From: Paraspadella gotoi
Taxonomy: Eukaryota > Animalia > Chaetognatha
Length of the DNA: 64,000 nt
Assembly: GCA_051294375.1 (NCBI GenBank)
Contig: CM119268.1
Coordinates: 11,300,605-11,364,604, forward strand
Direction: 5' to 3'
Positions 26,783-40,000 of this stretch are shown here, in pieces (the stretch's first letter is position 1; each line of letters begins with the position of its first letter). The notes beneath the pieces are model-generated. The model worked only from the letters and a program-made list of their open reading frames with translations, had not been told where the DNA came from and ran no database searches. A program made the translations under genes and the position numbers.

Positions 26783-29700
26783 CTCTTTCACTCTCTCTTC
26801 TCTCTCTTACACTTTTCCTCCTCTCCCATTGCTTTTTTTTTCTTTTTGTCTCTTATTTCCATCTCCCATGTTTCTTTTTGTTACCTTCCTTTTGTTTTTT
26901 TTTGCCCCATATTTTCTCACCCTTCTTCTTCCGCCTTGTTCTCTTCAAATGTCTCCTTTCCTCCTTCCTTTCTCTTGGTCCGGAACGATTCGCGCATTGC
27001 CTCCAGCACGCTTTTCCATATATGCTGTCCATGAAATGATGATCGTCTCTGAGGTCAAATTCACTTATCATCGAATATATTTAACCAAAGTAAAAAGTTT
27101 AATACATCGTTATTATTTCTCCCAAAGAGTCGATATGGTCAATTAGACGTATGTCTTCATCGATCCGTTTTTGAATTCGTATCCTTTTGGCGATCATCAT
27201 GGTCCATGCGTCAGTCATTGAGAGGCAACGCATTCTCACGTGACAACGACTACGAACGTCAACTGGTCAATTTTAAACAAAGCCTCTCACCGTCCCTGCT
27301 CGCTGAGCATTCCTCTCCCAATCAATCAGTCCCGGTTATATCGGATTGGCTTTTTGTCGTTGCAATTTTAATGGCCTCGAATCGTCGCTTCAAACTTGCG
27401 ATTATCATTTTGGAAATTACTTTTTTACATCTTGTCACTTATTTTTTTAAAATTAAATTTCTCATATTTTTTTCCAACAGTCGGATATTAATTAGTACTA
27501 CAGTCCTGTGGAAAAAAAGAGGACACTCATAAACCTTAAATTGTAACCATTGTATTCATATATATATTTAAAAAAATTATGAATATTAAATATAGATTTT
27601 TGAAAGGCGAATTTATAAATATAAAAATTGGCTCAATCATTCAAAAGCTATACTTATATATAAGTAGTTAAAATTAATTATTTAAAAAAATAGTTATCAA
27701 CAGATTGCCAAATTATAAAAAATACTTATATAAATTGTTATTTTTATATTATTAAGCTATAATATATTTTTTAATAAAAGAATTTAAAGTTATTTATATT
27801 CGTAATGTTTTTGGATTTACCCTTTTTTTGGCACAGGACTGTATGTAAGTACTGTCCGCATTTCCATGGTTTTTTTACTTACAATTTTCATTATTATTTG
27901 CCATTTTCACGAAATTCACGAGCGGAAAGATTAAATTTCTACTTCCCACGCCGCGCGTTTTTCATCCCCGGCTCTTAAATCCCCGTCATATCAAAGAATA
28001 AAAGAAATTCATATTCTTCCCTCTCTCTCGTTTTCTCTCCTCGAATCCGGCAGAAAAAAAGAGAGTTGTTTTTAAATATACCGTCCGTCGCACTTACATA
28101 CTAAATCATTCAAGCCAAAAATTCTAGATCGCAACACGATAGAACGCAACTGCTTACGAACTCTCTCTCTCTCACGTCCTCTGTAGATATCTCTCCTTTT
28201 TATAAATCAACTCTCTCAATCTCTTACCCTATTTCCTCTCTCGGCCCGCGAATTATGAGGCCAGATGATCATCTTTCGCACGCCCCCCCGCCTCCCCTTC
28301 CTTTTTTTCTTTCTTCTTTTTACGAAAATGGAGCATGGGGGGAAGCTAATGAGTTATCATGCTCTCAGCTGATAATACGTTTTCTCTTTTCCCTATCTTC
28401 CTTTTTTTTAAAAATAACTGAATTTTTTGGTGCCGGGGTCTTTAGGGAGATGTCAATACTGAGCGTGCGTTCTACTTAGTCTTCTTTTTATTTTCCATCT
28501 GCACTATAGAAAAAGCGAATTGCTGAAATGTAAGCAAAGAGATGAGAGTCCGCTGTTTAATGCTGGTTCGAATCGTTCTCATAGCGCAAAAAAATGCTAG
28601 CGAAAATGCTAGCAAATTTTATTTATTCTAACGAAATTCCGACGTTAGTTTTAACGCTCGCTGGGTTAATTTAGATAATCTCTGGGTTGTCACTTGAAAA
28701 TTTGAATTTGTTATGTAGAAATATTATGATTTTTTTAAGCAACTGAACAAACAATCTGTTAAGAAAAAATATATAACATATAATACATCAAAGAACATTT
28801 CTTTTTTAAAAGCCTTGTACTGATAAACGCTGTGTCCTCAAGTAAGCCGCTTTGTAATGACTTGTGGCTTCGGGCACAGGTGCTCCTCGANNNNNNNNNN
28901 NNNNNNNNNNNNNNNTTTTGGGTCTTTAGGAAACAAAGACGCGTCACTAGTTTTTTATTCACGACAAGTAAAGCGATTGGCTGAATGTAAGCAGAGATGA
29001 GAGTCCGCTGTTTAATGCTGTTCGAATNNNNNNNNNNTTTTTTGCTTACCTTCCTTTTTGTTTTTTTTTCCCCCATATTTTCTCACCCTCTCTTTCTCGC
29101 CTTGTTCTCTTCCAAATGTCTCCTTTCCTCTCTTCCTTTCTCTTTGGTCCGGAACGATTCGCGCATTGCCTCCACGACGCTTTTCCATTATCCGCTGTCC
29201 ATGGGAATTGATGATCGGTCTCTGAGGTCAAAACTTCACTTATCATCGCAATATATTTTATACCAAACGTAAATAGTTTTAATACATCGTTAACTTATTC
29301 ATCTCCAAAAGGGTCGATTGGTCAATAGACGTTATCGATTTTTCCTATCGAGTCCGTTTTTGATTCCGATCACTTTTGGCCGATCATCAGTGGTCATTGG
29401 TCAGTCATTGAGACGGCAACCATTCTCACTGACAACGACAACGAACTCACTGGTCAATTTTAAACAAATCGCCTCTCACGGTCCTGCTCGCTGAGCCATT
29501 CCTCTCCCGCCAATCAATCAGTCCCGGTTATATGCGGATTGCTTTTTCTGTCGTTTGCAATTTTTAAAAATCGCGCCTCGAATCGTCGCTTCAACTTCGC
29601 TTCTCATTTTGGAAATTTACTTTTTTTGTACATCTGTCACTTATTTTTTTTAAAATTAATTTTCCTCATATTTTTTTCCAACAGTCGGATATTAATAAGT

Positions 29701-30244
29701 ACTACAGTCCTGTGGAAAAAAAGAGGACACTCATAAACCTTAAATTGTAACCATTGTATTTATATATATATATTAAAAAAATTATGAATATTAAATATAG
29801 ATTTTGAAAGGCGAATTATGTATATAAGTTTAAAAAAAATTGGCCCAATCATTCAAAAGCTATACTTTATATATAAGTAGTTAAAATATTTTTTAAAAAA
29901 AATAGATTATCAACTGGATTGCCAAATTATAAAAAATACTTATATATAAATTCTTTTTATATTATTAGCCTATAATATATGTTATTAAATAAAAAATAAT
30001 TTAAAAGTGAATTTATATTCGTAATGTTTTTGGATTTACCATTTTTTTTGGCAGCAGGACTGTATGTAAGTACTGGTCCGCATTTCCATGGGTTTTGATT
30101 ACCTTACAATTTTTCATTATTATTTGCACATATTCTTCACGAAATTCACGACGGAAAGAAAATTAATTTTTCCTCCGTTTTTTCGGCTTTCCCCCGTCAT
30201 TCAAAAGAATAAAAGAAATTCATATTCTTCTCTCTCTGCTCTCT

Positions 30245-30284
<40 letters not shown>

Positions 30285-31223
30285 GGCCGCGAATTATGAG
30301 CCAATCATCTTCGCACGCCCCCCGTCCCCTTTTTTTTTCTTTCTCTTCTTTTACCGAATGGAGATGGGGAAGCTAATGATTATTGCTTCAGTGAATCGTT
30401 TTCTTTATAACTGAATTTTTGGGTCTTTAGGAAACAAAGACGCGTCACTAGTTTTTTATTCACGACAAGAAAAGCGATTGGCTGAATGTAAGCAGAGATC
30501 GCGTCTAATGCTGTTTAATGCTGTTCGAATCGTTCATCGCAAAAATGCTACGAAAAATGCTGCAAATTTATTTTTCTACGATTTCCGGCGTTATTTTAAC
30601 GTCGTTGGGTTAATTTGGATAATCTCTGTTGTCACTTGAAAATTTGATTTGTTATGTAGAAATATTAGATTTTTTAAGCAACTGACAAAATCTTTAAAAA
30701 ATATATGTACATATAATACATCAAAGAACATCTTTTTTTAAAAAGATTATACTGAATAAACCTTTCCTCAAGTAAGCCGTTGTAACCAAAACTACCAATG
30801 ACGCGACATCTGTTAGTATTAAACTATTAAGAGGAAGAATGACGACGACAGAGATGAAGACTTTGGCTTCGGGCACCAGGTGCTCCTCGAATTTTCCCCG
30901 ATGTAGCCTCTGGCCATAATTTGCAGAGAAGAGTGCACGTTAGGGCCTTTTGCATCTTTTAAGCTTCGCGCGCACGAAACTGGGGCACGGGTTTCGGCCC
31001 CCTGGAGGCTGAAGGTTTCTTCGATTCGACCGTCACGCGCTTCTCGTCCTTCTTGACTTCGGCCCAGAATTTTTTGTCGACCTATGTTTTTCGCGGTAAA
31101 AAAAGATAACACTTCACGTCTGTTTAACAGAAGCGTTTGGCTCGTCTTTTCTATCTAGTAACAGATAAAGAGAAAAAAAACTGGTTTCAAGGACTCTGAA
31201 ACAAATCTAAACATTTTTCACAT

Positions 31224-31259
<36 letters not shown>

Positions 31260-31706
31260 TTCTCTCTCGCGGGATAACGTATCAGTTTTGACAAGCAAGG
31301 ATTCTCTTTCTGTATCGTCCGCTTTTTCGAGATATGTCATTCCCAAATCCTCCGCCCCGCGGGGCGGCTCTAGGGGCGGCCCCAGGGGGCAGATATTCCA
31401 GGGGAGCAGCAAAATGGTCATTGAGGGGGCGCCCCCTCTGGATTGCCTCAGGGGGCCGCCCCAGGGGGGTTCCCCCTGGGGCCAACATTTTGGGTCTATT
31501 AGGGGCGCCCCTAATGCTTAGCCCCCTGGGGCCAAAAAAAGTCTGCCCCTGGGGGTAACCCCTTGGGGAGCAAAAAACTGCTCCCCCAGGGGCGAGTTAA
31601 AGAGAGAGCAAAGTTTAGATGAGAAAATATACTTTCTGATTATGTTATTATATCTGAGAATATTTCTCCCTGTCTGTTACTCTCTCTTTCTCTCTCCCTT
31701 TTTCTT

Positions 31707-31737
<31 letters not shown>

Positions 31738-34700
31738 TTTTTCTCATTCACTCTTTCTTTTTTTTTTCTCTCTCTTTTTTTTCTCTCTATAGATCTTTTT
31801 TTCTCTCTCTCTTTCAAGACTTGTTTTATGTAACTGAATTAAATATACATATTTTTCAAATTATTGTTAACTCATTTATTCCATATTTTATCTAAAAATT
31901 ATAATATTTGTATTTTTTTAACCCAATTATTTTATTTCAGTTAAAAGATATAGAAATAAGTTTTAACAAACAATGTAGGACGTAGCCACACAAATTTAGT
32001 AGTAAAAAGCTAATCAGTCATTTGTCTTCTTTTTTTGTCTTTTTTATCTTTCTTTTTTTAATTTTTTTTCTTTCTTTTTTGTTGGATGGGACATACTGAT
32101 AGACTGATAGAGAGATATAATTTTTAAAAAAAATATCATAATTTGATGTTTAAAAAGAAAATTAAATAAATCACCAAACAAATAATGGGCAGTGACTGAC
32201 AGACCTACTTAGTGAATTATGAGTCCCCCAAAAAAACAATAAAAACTATTCATCAACATTAAACGAGTTCTACATCGTAAAATAAATTTTATTTTATTTA
32301 AGATTTGTAATTAATAATCGTCAGTTTGTAGATTGCTTAAGATGAACTCACGTTGTTAAGTAGAGGCTGACAATTTGAGAGAGAGAGTGAGCAAAACTTT
32401 ATATTTAGCTCAATCACATACTTTTCTACCCACACACAAAATTTTATTCCAATCCATCTATTTAATCACGAATAATTGGAGTTTAATGCTAATATGGGAT
32501 GGACTTAAAGACTGATATTAATTAATTAATCAATTAAATATTTTTTAATTAATTATTTTTTATAAGTGAATTAAAAAATTAAAACCATCTTTATCTATAA
32601 ATTTTTTAAGATAAAATTTTGTGTGTGGGTAGAAAAATGAAAGTAAGTTTTAATGGAAAAACAAAAGTTACTTTTACTTGAACATTATTAAAAAATTTTT
32701 GCACTCTATTTCTCTCTTCTTTCTTTATTTCTATCGGTAAAATTATTAATTAGCTAATTGTTAAGTTGATTGTTGACCAAATAATTAATTTGACCAATTA
32801 TCCAAGTTGTCCAAATTATCTAAGTTGACCAAATTATGCAAGTTGACCAATTATGACTGTTGACTAAATTAAGCAAATTAACCAATTTATACCAGTTTGA
32901 CCAATTTATGCAATGACAAATCTATGAAATTGGACCAAATTATGCAAGTTGACCAAATTATGGGAGTTGATTTAATTGTGTAAATTGATTAAAATTATGA
33001 AAGTTTACCAAATATAAAAGTTTACCAAATTATGAAAGTTTACCAAATTATTAAAGTTTAGCCAATTATGAAGGTTAACCAAATTAAGCAAGTTAACTAA
33101 ATTATAAAAAAATTACCAAATATGAAAGTTTACCAAATTATAAAAGTTACCAAATTTAAAAGTTGATTAAATAATATCAGTTGACCAATTTATGTCAGTT
33201 GACCAAATTATGTCAATTGACTAAATTATGCAAGGTGACCAAATTATGCAAGTTGGTATTGGTGCAGCTATTGGTTCATTGATTGATTAATTGAAGTGAA
33301 AAATATTATTTTTATCTTTATATTTATCTTTTATCTTTTTTTATCTTTTCTTTATCTTTTTATCTTTTTATTTATTGTAATGAAAGATGAAAATAGAAAA
33401 TAGATAGAGGAAGAGAGAGAGAGAGGGAGAAAAAAGAGAGAGTAGAGGGAAAGAGAGATAGGAGGGAGAGAGAGCCGTTCCAGGGGCAGGAAAATCCATC
33501 CCCTGGGGGTAGCCCAGGGGGCAAGGTTTTTCTAGCCCCTGGGGGATTCCCCCTGGAGTGGCCTCTTGGGGCTCCAAAAAAGAGGCTACAGGGGGCCGCC
33601 CCTAGGGCAGTAAAGATTTGCCTGCCCCTCGGGGCCGCCCCGCGGAGCCACCCCGCGGGGCGCCCCCAGCACCGCCCCCGGGGAAGCGATCTGAGGATGA
33701 CATACTGGCTTTTTCACCGATTCTACTTTTACGATAAACTCACCTCTCTTCGGATGGACGTCGCGATATATCAAATCTTCCCCCCTCTCCAAAAAAAAAT
33801 GGGGGGGAAAAGTTGAAAGCTTCTCGGCTGAGTCAACAACGTGGAGTGCACATTGTGTGCTCTGAGAAAAAAAATCTTGAGCAAACCCTTCGTCTTCTCT
33901 ATTCTCTTTTTTTTTAAGTTTTTCATTTTTTCGACGCAAAATAATTAGTTGATGAATCATCTAGCGCCTGGACCTTCGTTCTAAATTCGTTCGAAATTAA
34001 AAAAAGTACAATACGTACGAGGGGTTAATCGCGAATACACGAACAATTTTATAAATGAAAAAGCCAATTAAGCGTTATTGATATTAAACGACCATGATCT
34101 GACATCGTCAACGATTTTCCCGCCAATGAATCCAACGCTAAGCCGACATCGCTGGGTTTTTGTCTCGATCTGGCGAAATTGAGCGATAAAGAAAAACGAG
34201 GCCCCCGTATTTCAGGATCAACGACGCGCGGATCAAAAATAAAAATTTACGATCACGCCGATGAAACCCCTGCGTGCCTCTATGGCTTAATGGGAAAAAT
34301 TACTGTTTCGCGATCATAACGGAAGAGCGGTGCGTGGGATTTTTTTGGGAAATGATATCAATTCTGATATGTGTTGTAAATTTTGCCATGACGCAACAAT
34401 TTATACGACGTATACTATTCGTCCGCAAACTTTAAAATACTAAAAGACTTGAAAATTAATCTTATCAATCCTAACTCCGGATCATTTTCTTTTTCGCGAT
34501 CGCGATAGATCGGCGAGGAATGACGAAATCTCGAATACCGAAACCGAAGATCGTTATCAGTGGACCAAGAAATTCTTTTCAGGTCGAATTTTTGTNNNNN
34601 NNNNNTTTTCTCGCGATAACTTGAGCGACCCAAAGGTGATGACAGAGAGAGAGAGAGAGAAAGAAAGACGGACGAGCGTCAAGAACGGGATAATGTTATC

Positions 34701-37010
34701 GAGTTCCTCAATTAACTGGTTTTCGTTTATCAATTAATTCGTGAATCGGGAGGGAGCGATTTACAGTAACGAAGAGTAAACAGAGGGACTGCGTTCGACC
34801 ACTTGGTTAATTGGATTAACCAAAAAAAAAAAAAAAAGGTCCGGTTAATAATAATAATGAGATCTCGAGGGCGCAGCCTCTCCCTTCTTGGTCTTCGTCG
34901 TGTTCATCGTCGACCGGCGAGGGTTCAATTTCGGAAATATTTAGTTTCTCCCCCCCCCTTTTTTTTACAATTTTTTAAAAAAATTATAATATTCAATGAA
35001 TTTTTTTTTTCTTTCTCCCTTTCGAATGTAGATTCATTCGTAATCGTTTGTATCCCTCAAGGCTCTCTTTCTCAGATTCTTTGAGATCGATTAAATCTCT
35101 ACATCTCCGCAGGTGTCGTCGTTTTCTCGAGTTCCTTGAACTTCGGATTTTCTGGGATCGAGTCTAGAAAAGAGGGAGAGCGAGAGTCATTGAGGAAAAA
35201 AGAGAGAGAGAGAGAACGAGATTTTAGGTATCGAGTAATCCTTGACGAAACAATTTCAACCACCCACCCCTCACCCGCTGCTATTGCCGCTCGATTCGAA
35301 GTGCGGGGTTTATTTTTCTCTTTCGCTGAAAAAAGTTTGCAGAGTGGAAGAGTTTGTAAGTTTACAGTTGGCGGAAATCTAATTGATATTAACAAAGACA
35401 GTGTTGATTTTTCATCCCAGTTATATACATATATACACATTTTAAAACAGATTTTTTCTTAATTTTTTTTCATCGTGATTTTCCTTTTGATCGTAAATAA
35501 TTCCGCCAGCGTTTGGAATCTTCGCACGATTTCGCTCTTGAGATGTCGCTTCCCTATTTTTATTGACCTTTCCGCGTTGGACCGCACTCATTCCTTATTT
35601 GGCGATCGCGCCAATGTGACAGCAACGACGCTTCGCCTCCCCCTTTTTTTTTTGGTCTTTCCGGATTGGGGATTCCCATTCCTAAGAGAGAGAGGGGCGC
35701 GTCTCTTTTCGATTCCCTCCTTCCTTTGCATCCAGAGCGGGGAAATATAGGGGGGGGGCGTCTGACCTTCCGAAGGGGTTCAGATGGGAGAGATGGTGGT
35801 GGCGAATCTGTTCTAGAGGCGATATGGCGTCTCGCGAGAGGGGGTGTTGCGTCTCCGGGGACGTGACACCGAGAAGGAACACGTCTGCCACAAATATTGA
35901 GTTTCACCCGTTCTGGTCGGCCGCCTCTGAGAGATCACCCAACGCGTTACTTTTATATCTCGCTCTCTATCTCTCTCCATCACCTTCTAACCCTTTGAAT
36001 TCTTTCCTCTTCCTCCCCCCCCCCTTCCCACCCCCTTTCTATCCGGAATTCAATGCCGGATTTTCCGCTTTATTTAGTTTGGAATGTTTTCCCTCTGTCC
36101 ACCTTGGATCACTGCCTAAGCTTTTTCATTTTTTTTTTCCCTTTGGCCTTTTCATTTTTTTCTTGGGCTTGTCGCGTTTTCTTCTCCCTCGGCGCAGTAA
36201 AAAAAAAAGAATTTAAGTTTCGTTCAAACAACCGCAAAATCCCTCTCTCTCTCTATCTCTTTTCCTCAATTTTCGTCTTTAGTGATTCATCGACCGCAAT
36301 TACGAACTCATGGTTTCTTAAACCGGTTTTTTCCCCCTCGATCGTCGGGTCTAATTTTTTTCGATTTCTTCGCTTTTTCAGAACTGCTGTAAAACCGAAA
36401 TAAAAAAGTTCGGATGTTTTTTAAACGCAAGCACGTGTTTTTTTGTTTTTTTGTTTTTTTTTGGATGAGCAGTTTACTTTGATTTCTAACAAGTCGGGAG
36501 GGGAAAAAGTGTTTTTGTCTTCTTTTTCTTAATAAAGAAATTAACTGAAACGAACTTTATTGTTTCGTAAAGCTTATTTTCAAATTTGAATCGCCACACA
36601 AATTAAAAAATATTAGTGGATCGAGTAAAGTTCACCCGAAAAACTTGGCAATATTGGGGGTTCAAATTGAACTTTGTTGACTTTCTGTCTCTCTCTCTCT
36701 CTCTCTCACTAAAACTTTCACCCTCAACCATTTCGCCGGCTTTCAATATCAATGAGAATGAGTCCTAATTTGGACGAGAAAAAAATGCCTGCAAATTTAA
36801 AACAAAAAAAATTTACGTCTAAAATTGTTTTGTTAGATTGGACGGTTTCCCGAACGTAATTAACCTCATCGAAAATTAAATGAGAAAGTCATATTTTTAT
36901 CTCAAAAACCTTTCGATTTGGCTTTGAAAAACACTTGAATTTCGACTTAACGTCAGAACTTAAATGATTTCGACATTTGGTGATCTACAACTCTGACGAC
37001 AATTCCAAGT

Positions 37011-37092
<82 letters not shown>

Positions 37093-40000
37093 TTCTCTCT
37101 CTCTTTCTCTCTCGGACGGGTTTGTAACTTGCTGGAGATAAGATTTTACGATCCCACAAAAAAAGGACGCTACGAGAAAATTGGGAAAAAAACAAAAATA
37201 ATACGGAGAAAAGTTTATATGCGCACGATCGTTATTTTCATCGTGTCTGTTTTCTATTTGTCTATTTATTTAATCCTTATACTTTTTTCTGTTATGCGAA
37301 TTGAATCCAACGACAAATCCTTTTCTTCTTCCGAGGATATATTTTTCTTCGCCGCCGCACGACATGGGAAGATGTCCGATTTTTTTTTTTTTTTTTTTGC
37401 GTAGAAATCCTCTCGCCGTTTTTACGGCTTCTTTTTTCTGCTTCCTTACCCTTTTTATAGTAACGGCGGTCTTCTTTACATCCCCTTTTTTACGATTTCG
37501 CTATTATTCTTTTCTTTAAGGATCCCAGACTTACCTTCCCGTTCTTTCCAACTATTCTTTTCGATTTATCACTTTTATTAAATTTTGTTCCCCTCTCAAC
37601 CTCTTTTCTCAACCCTAAGATTCCGTCTTTCTCACTTTCTACTATTTTCAATTTTTACAACCCGTATCTCCCCGAGTCTCGGGTTTCAATCCATCTCGCT
37701 AACCGTTCCTCCGGTTCCACTTAGACCGGAAATGAAATGGAAGGGAAAAAAAATTTCGTTTCGTTCAAGTAAAAAACAAAAAAATTCGAGGACTCAAAAA
37801 AAAAAAAAAAACCAAAACAAAAAAACTGAAAAACAAGAATAAAATATTTAATAGTTCTAAAAGAATTAGAATCAATTTTTCCATAGTTTTTTTTTCTTTT
37901 CTTATTTTACGTTACAATGTTGAAAAAAAAAATTTCGGATTAAAGTTCTCTTAAATTCTTCACATTATTCATCATCTACAATACAAAAAGATACCCCACT
38001 CCCTTTCTCGCTTTCGAATAATTTTTAACTCAAGTTAACGAGTTCCAAGATCACAGTCAACCAAGGGAGCAACTCCTCTGTGCGGCTCTGCACACAGTGG
38101 TTTTAGCGCAACCGAAGGATCAGTCGCGCTTCGGAAAGATTTAAATATACATCAACGTCTCTTGGCTTCCATTCGTCTTGATCCGGGGGACCGGATTTAA
38201 ATGAATTAATCCCCGCGGGGGGGCTTCATGGAATGGCTGGTTGGAGAGAAAGAGAGAAGAGAGAAAGAGAGAGAGAGAATGAGCAAGCAAATAACCCTAT
38301 TCGGGATTAAATAAGCGAGAATCACTCTAATCAACTCGGCACGCAACTCAGTCTCGCGACTCGCGATTCCGATCTCACATTCACCCAAATTCGAAACGAC
38401 GTTGGTGATCGCTAACGAGTTACCATGCTTGAGGATGGGGGGAAAGAAATGTTTTCCATGTTTTCCACCGGGACCACCTGTTGGACATAAACTAGCGTCA
38501 TAATCCATGCGATCTTAATTTAGCGCTTGGTAAAAGACTTTAAAAATCTTAAACAATCGATATTTGTTTACAATATTTATTTCAATGCTTTGTTCAATAA
38601 TGATTTCATTCCAATCCACATACAACCACCTATGCCACTCCAAATGAAACTTTTGGTGGAGATAATGTCATCTCCCAAATCCTCCGCCCGCGCGGGCTGG
38701 CTCTAGGGGCGGCCCCAGGGGGCAGTATTCCAAGGGGAGCAGCAAAATGGTCATTGAGGGGCGCCCCCTCTGATATAGCCATGCCTGCCCCAGGGGGTTC
38801 CCCCGGGCCACATTGCTATAGGGGCGCCCAGCTACCCCCTGGGGTCCAAAAAAAGTCTGCCCCTGGGGGTAACCCCTTGGGGAAGCAAAAAACGTGCTCC
38901 CCATGGGGCGAGTTAATGAGAGAAGGGCAAAGTTTTAGATGAAAAATAATTACTTTCTCGAAATGTTATTATATCTGAGAATATTCTCCCTGTCTGTTAC
39001 TCTCTCTTTCTCTCCTCACTTTCTCTTCCTCTCTCTTCCTCTCTCTCTCTCTCTCTCTCTCTTTTTTCATTCACTCTTTTTCTTTTTCTTTTTTCTTCTT
39101 CTCTCTTTCTTTTCTCCTCTTAGATCTTTTTTTTCTCTCTCTTTCTTTCAAGACTTGTTTTTATGTAACTGAATTAAAATATACATTTTTTAAAATTATT
39201 GTTAACTCATTTATTCCTATTTTTATCTAAAATTATAATATTGTATTTTATTTAACATATTTATTTAGATTAAAGATATAGAATAAGTTTAGAGCAAACA
39301 TGTATGACGTGCCCACAAATTTAGTGGTAAAAAGCTAATACATGTCAATCTTTTGTCTTTTTTTCTTCTTTTAATTGTTTTTTTCTTTTTTTTTGTTGGA
39401 TTTGGACATAACTGATGGACTGATAGAGAGAATATAATTTTTTAAAAAAATATTCTATAATTTGATGTTTCAAAAAAGAAATTAAATAATCACTAAATAC
39501 AAATAATGGGCAGTACTGAAGACCTACTTAGTGAATTATGGAGTCCCCCCCAAAAAAAAATAATATCAATATTTTAATTCATATCAATTAAATGAGTTCC
39601 CACATCGTGAAATAAATTTTTTTTCAATTTAAGATTTGTAATTAAAATCTGTCAGTTTGAAGTTGCTTAGATGAACTCACGTTTGTTGAGGAAGGCTGAA
39701 ATGATTGAGAGAGAGAGTGAGCAAAACTTTATATTTAGCTCAATCACAACTTTTCTAACCAACACATAAGATTTATTCCAATCCATTATTTAATCAGAAT
39801 AATTTGAGTTTTATGCTAATTGGGAGGACTTAAAGACTGATATTATAATTAATTAATTAAATATTTTAATTAATTATTTTTTATAAGTGAATTAAAAACA
39901 TTAACATCTTTATTCTATTTAAATTTCATAATGATTAAGATAAAATTTTGTGATGTTGTAGAAAAAGTGTGCCAAGGAGTAGAGTTTTAATGGAAAAAAC

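Larger units (their letters stand above)
26878..30784 (+). repeat. Tandem ~1.8-2 kb duplication (about 26878-28856 vs about 29041-30784) around small N gaps
   Basis: Colinear, indel-rich copies with N runs at 28891-28915 and 29028-29037. The segment 28916-29027 also repeats about 30417-30530. Confidence 0.85.

Noticed and set aside
26384-27034. 216-aa ORF with acidic and ER-repeat tracts
   Set aside because: Translation of GAC/GAT and (GA)n/(CT)n microsatellites; not protein-like.
32763-33256. Regularly spaced repeats resembling a CRISPR array
   Set aside because: Head-to-tail degenerate 18-mers with no unique spacers, in a eukaryotic intron with no cas genes.
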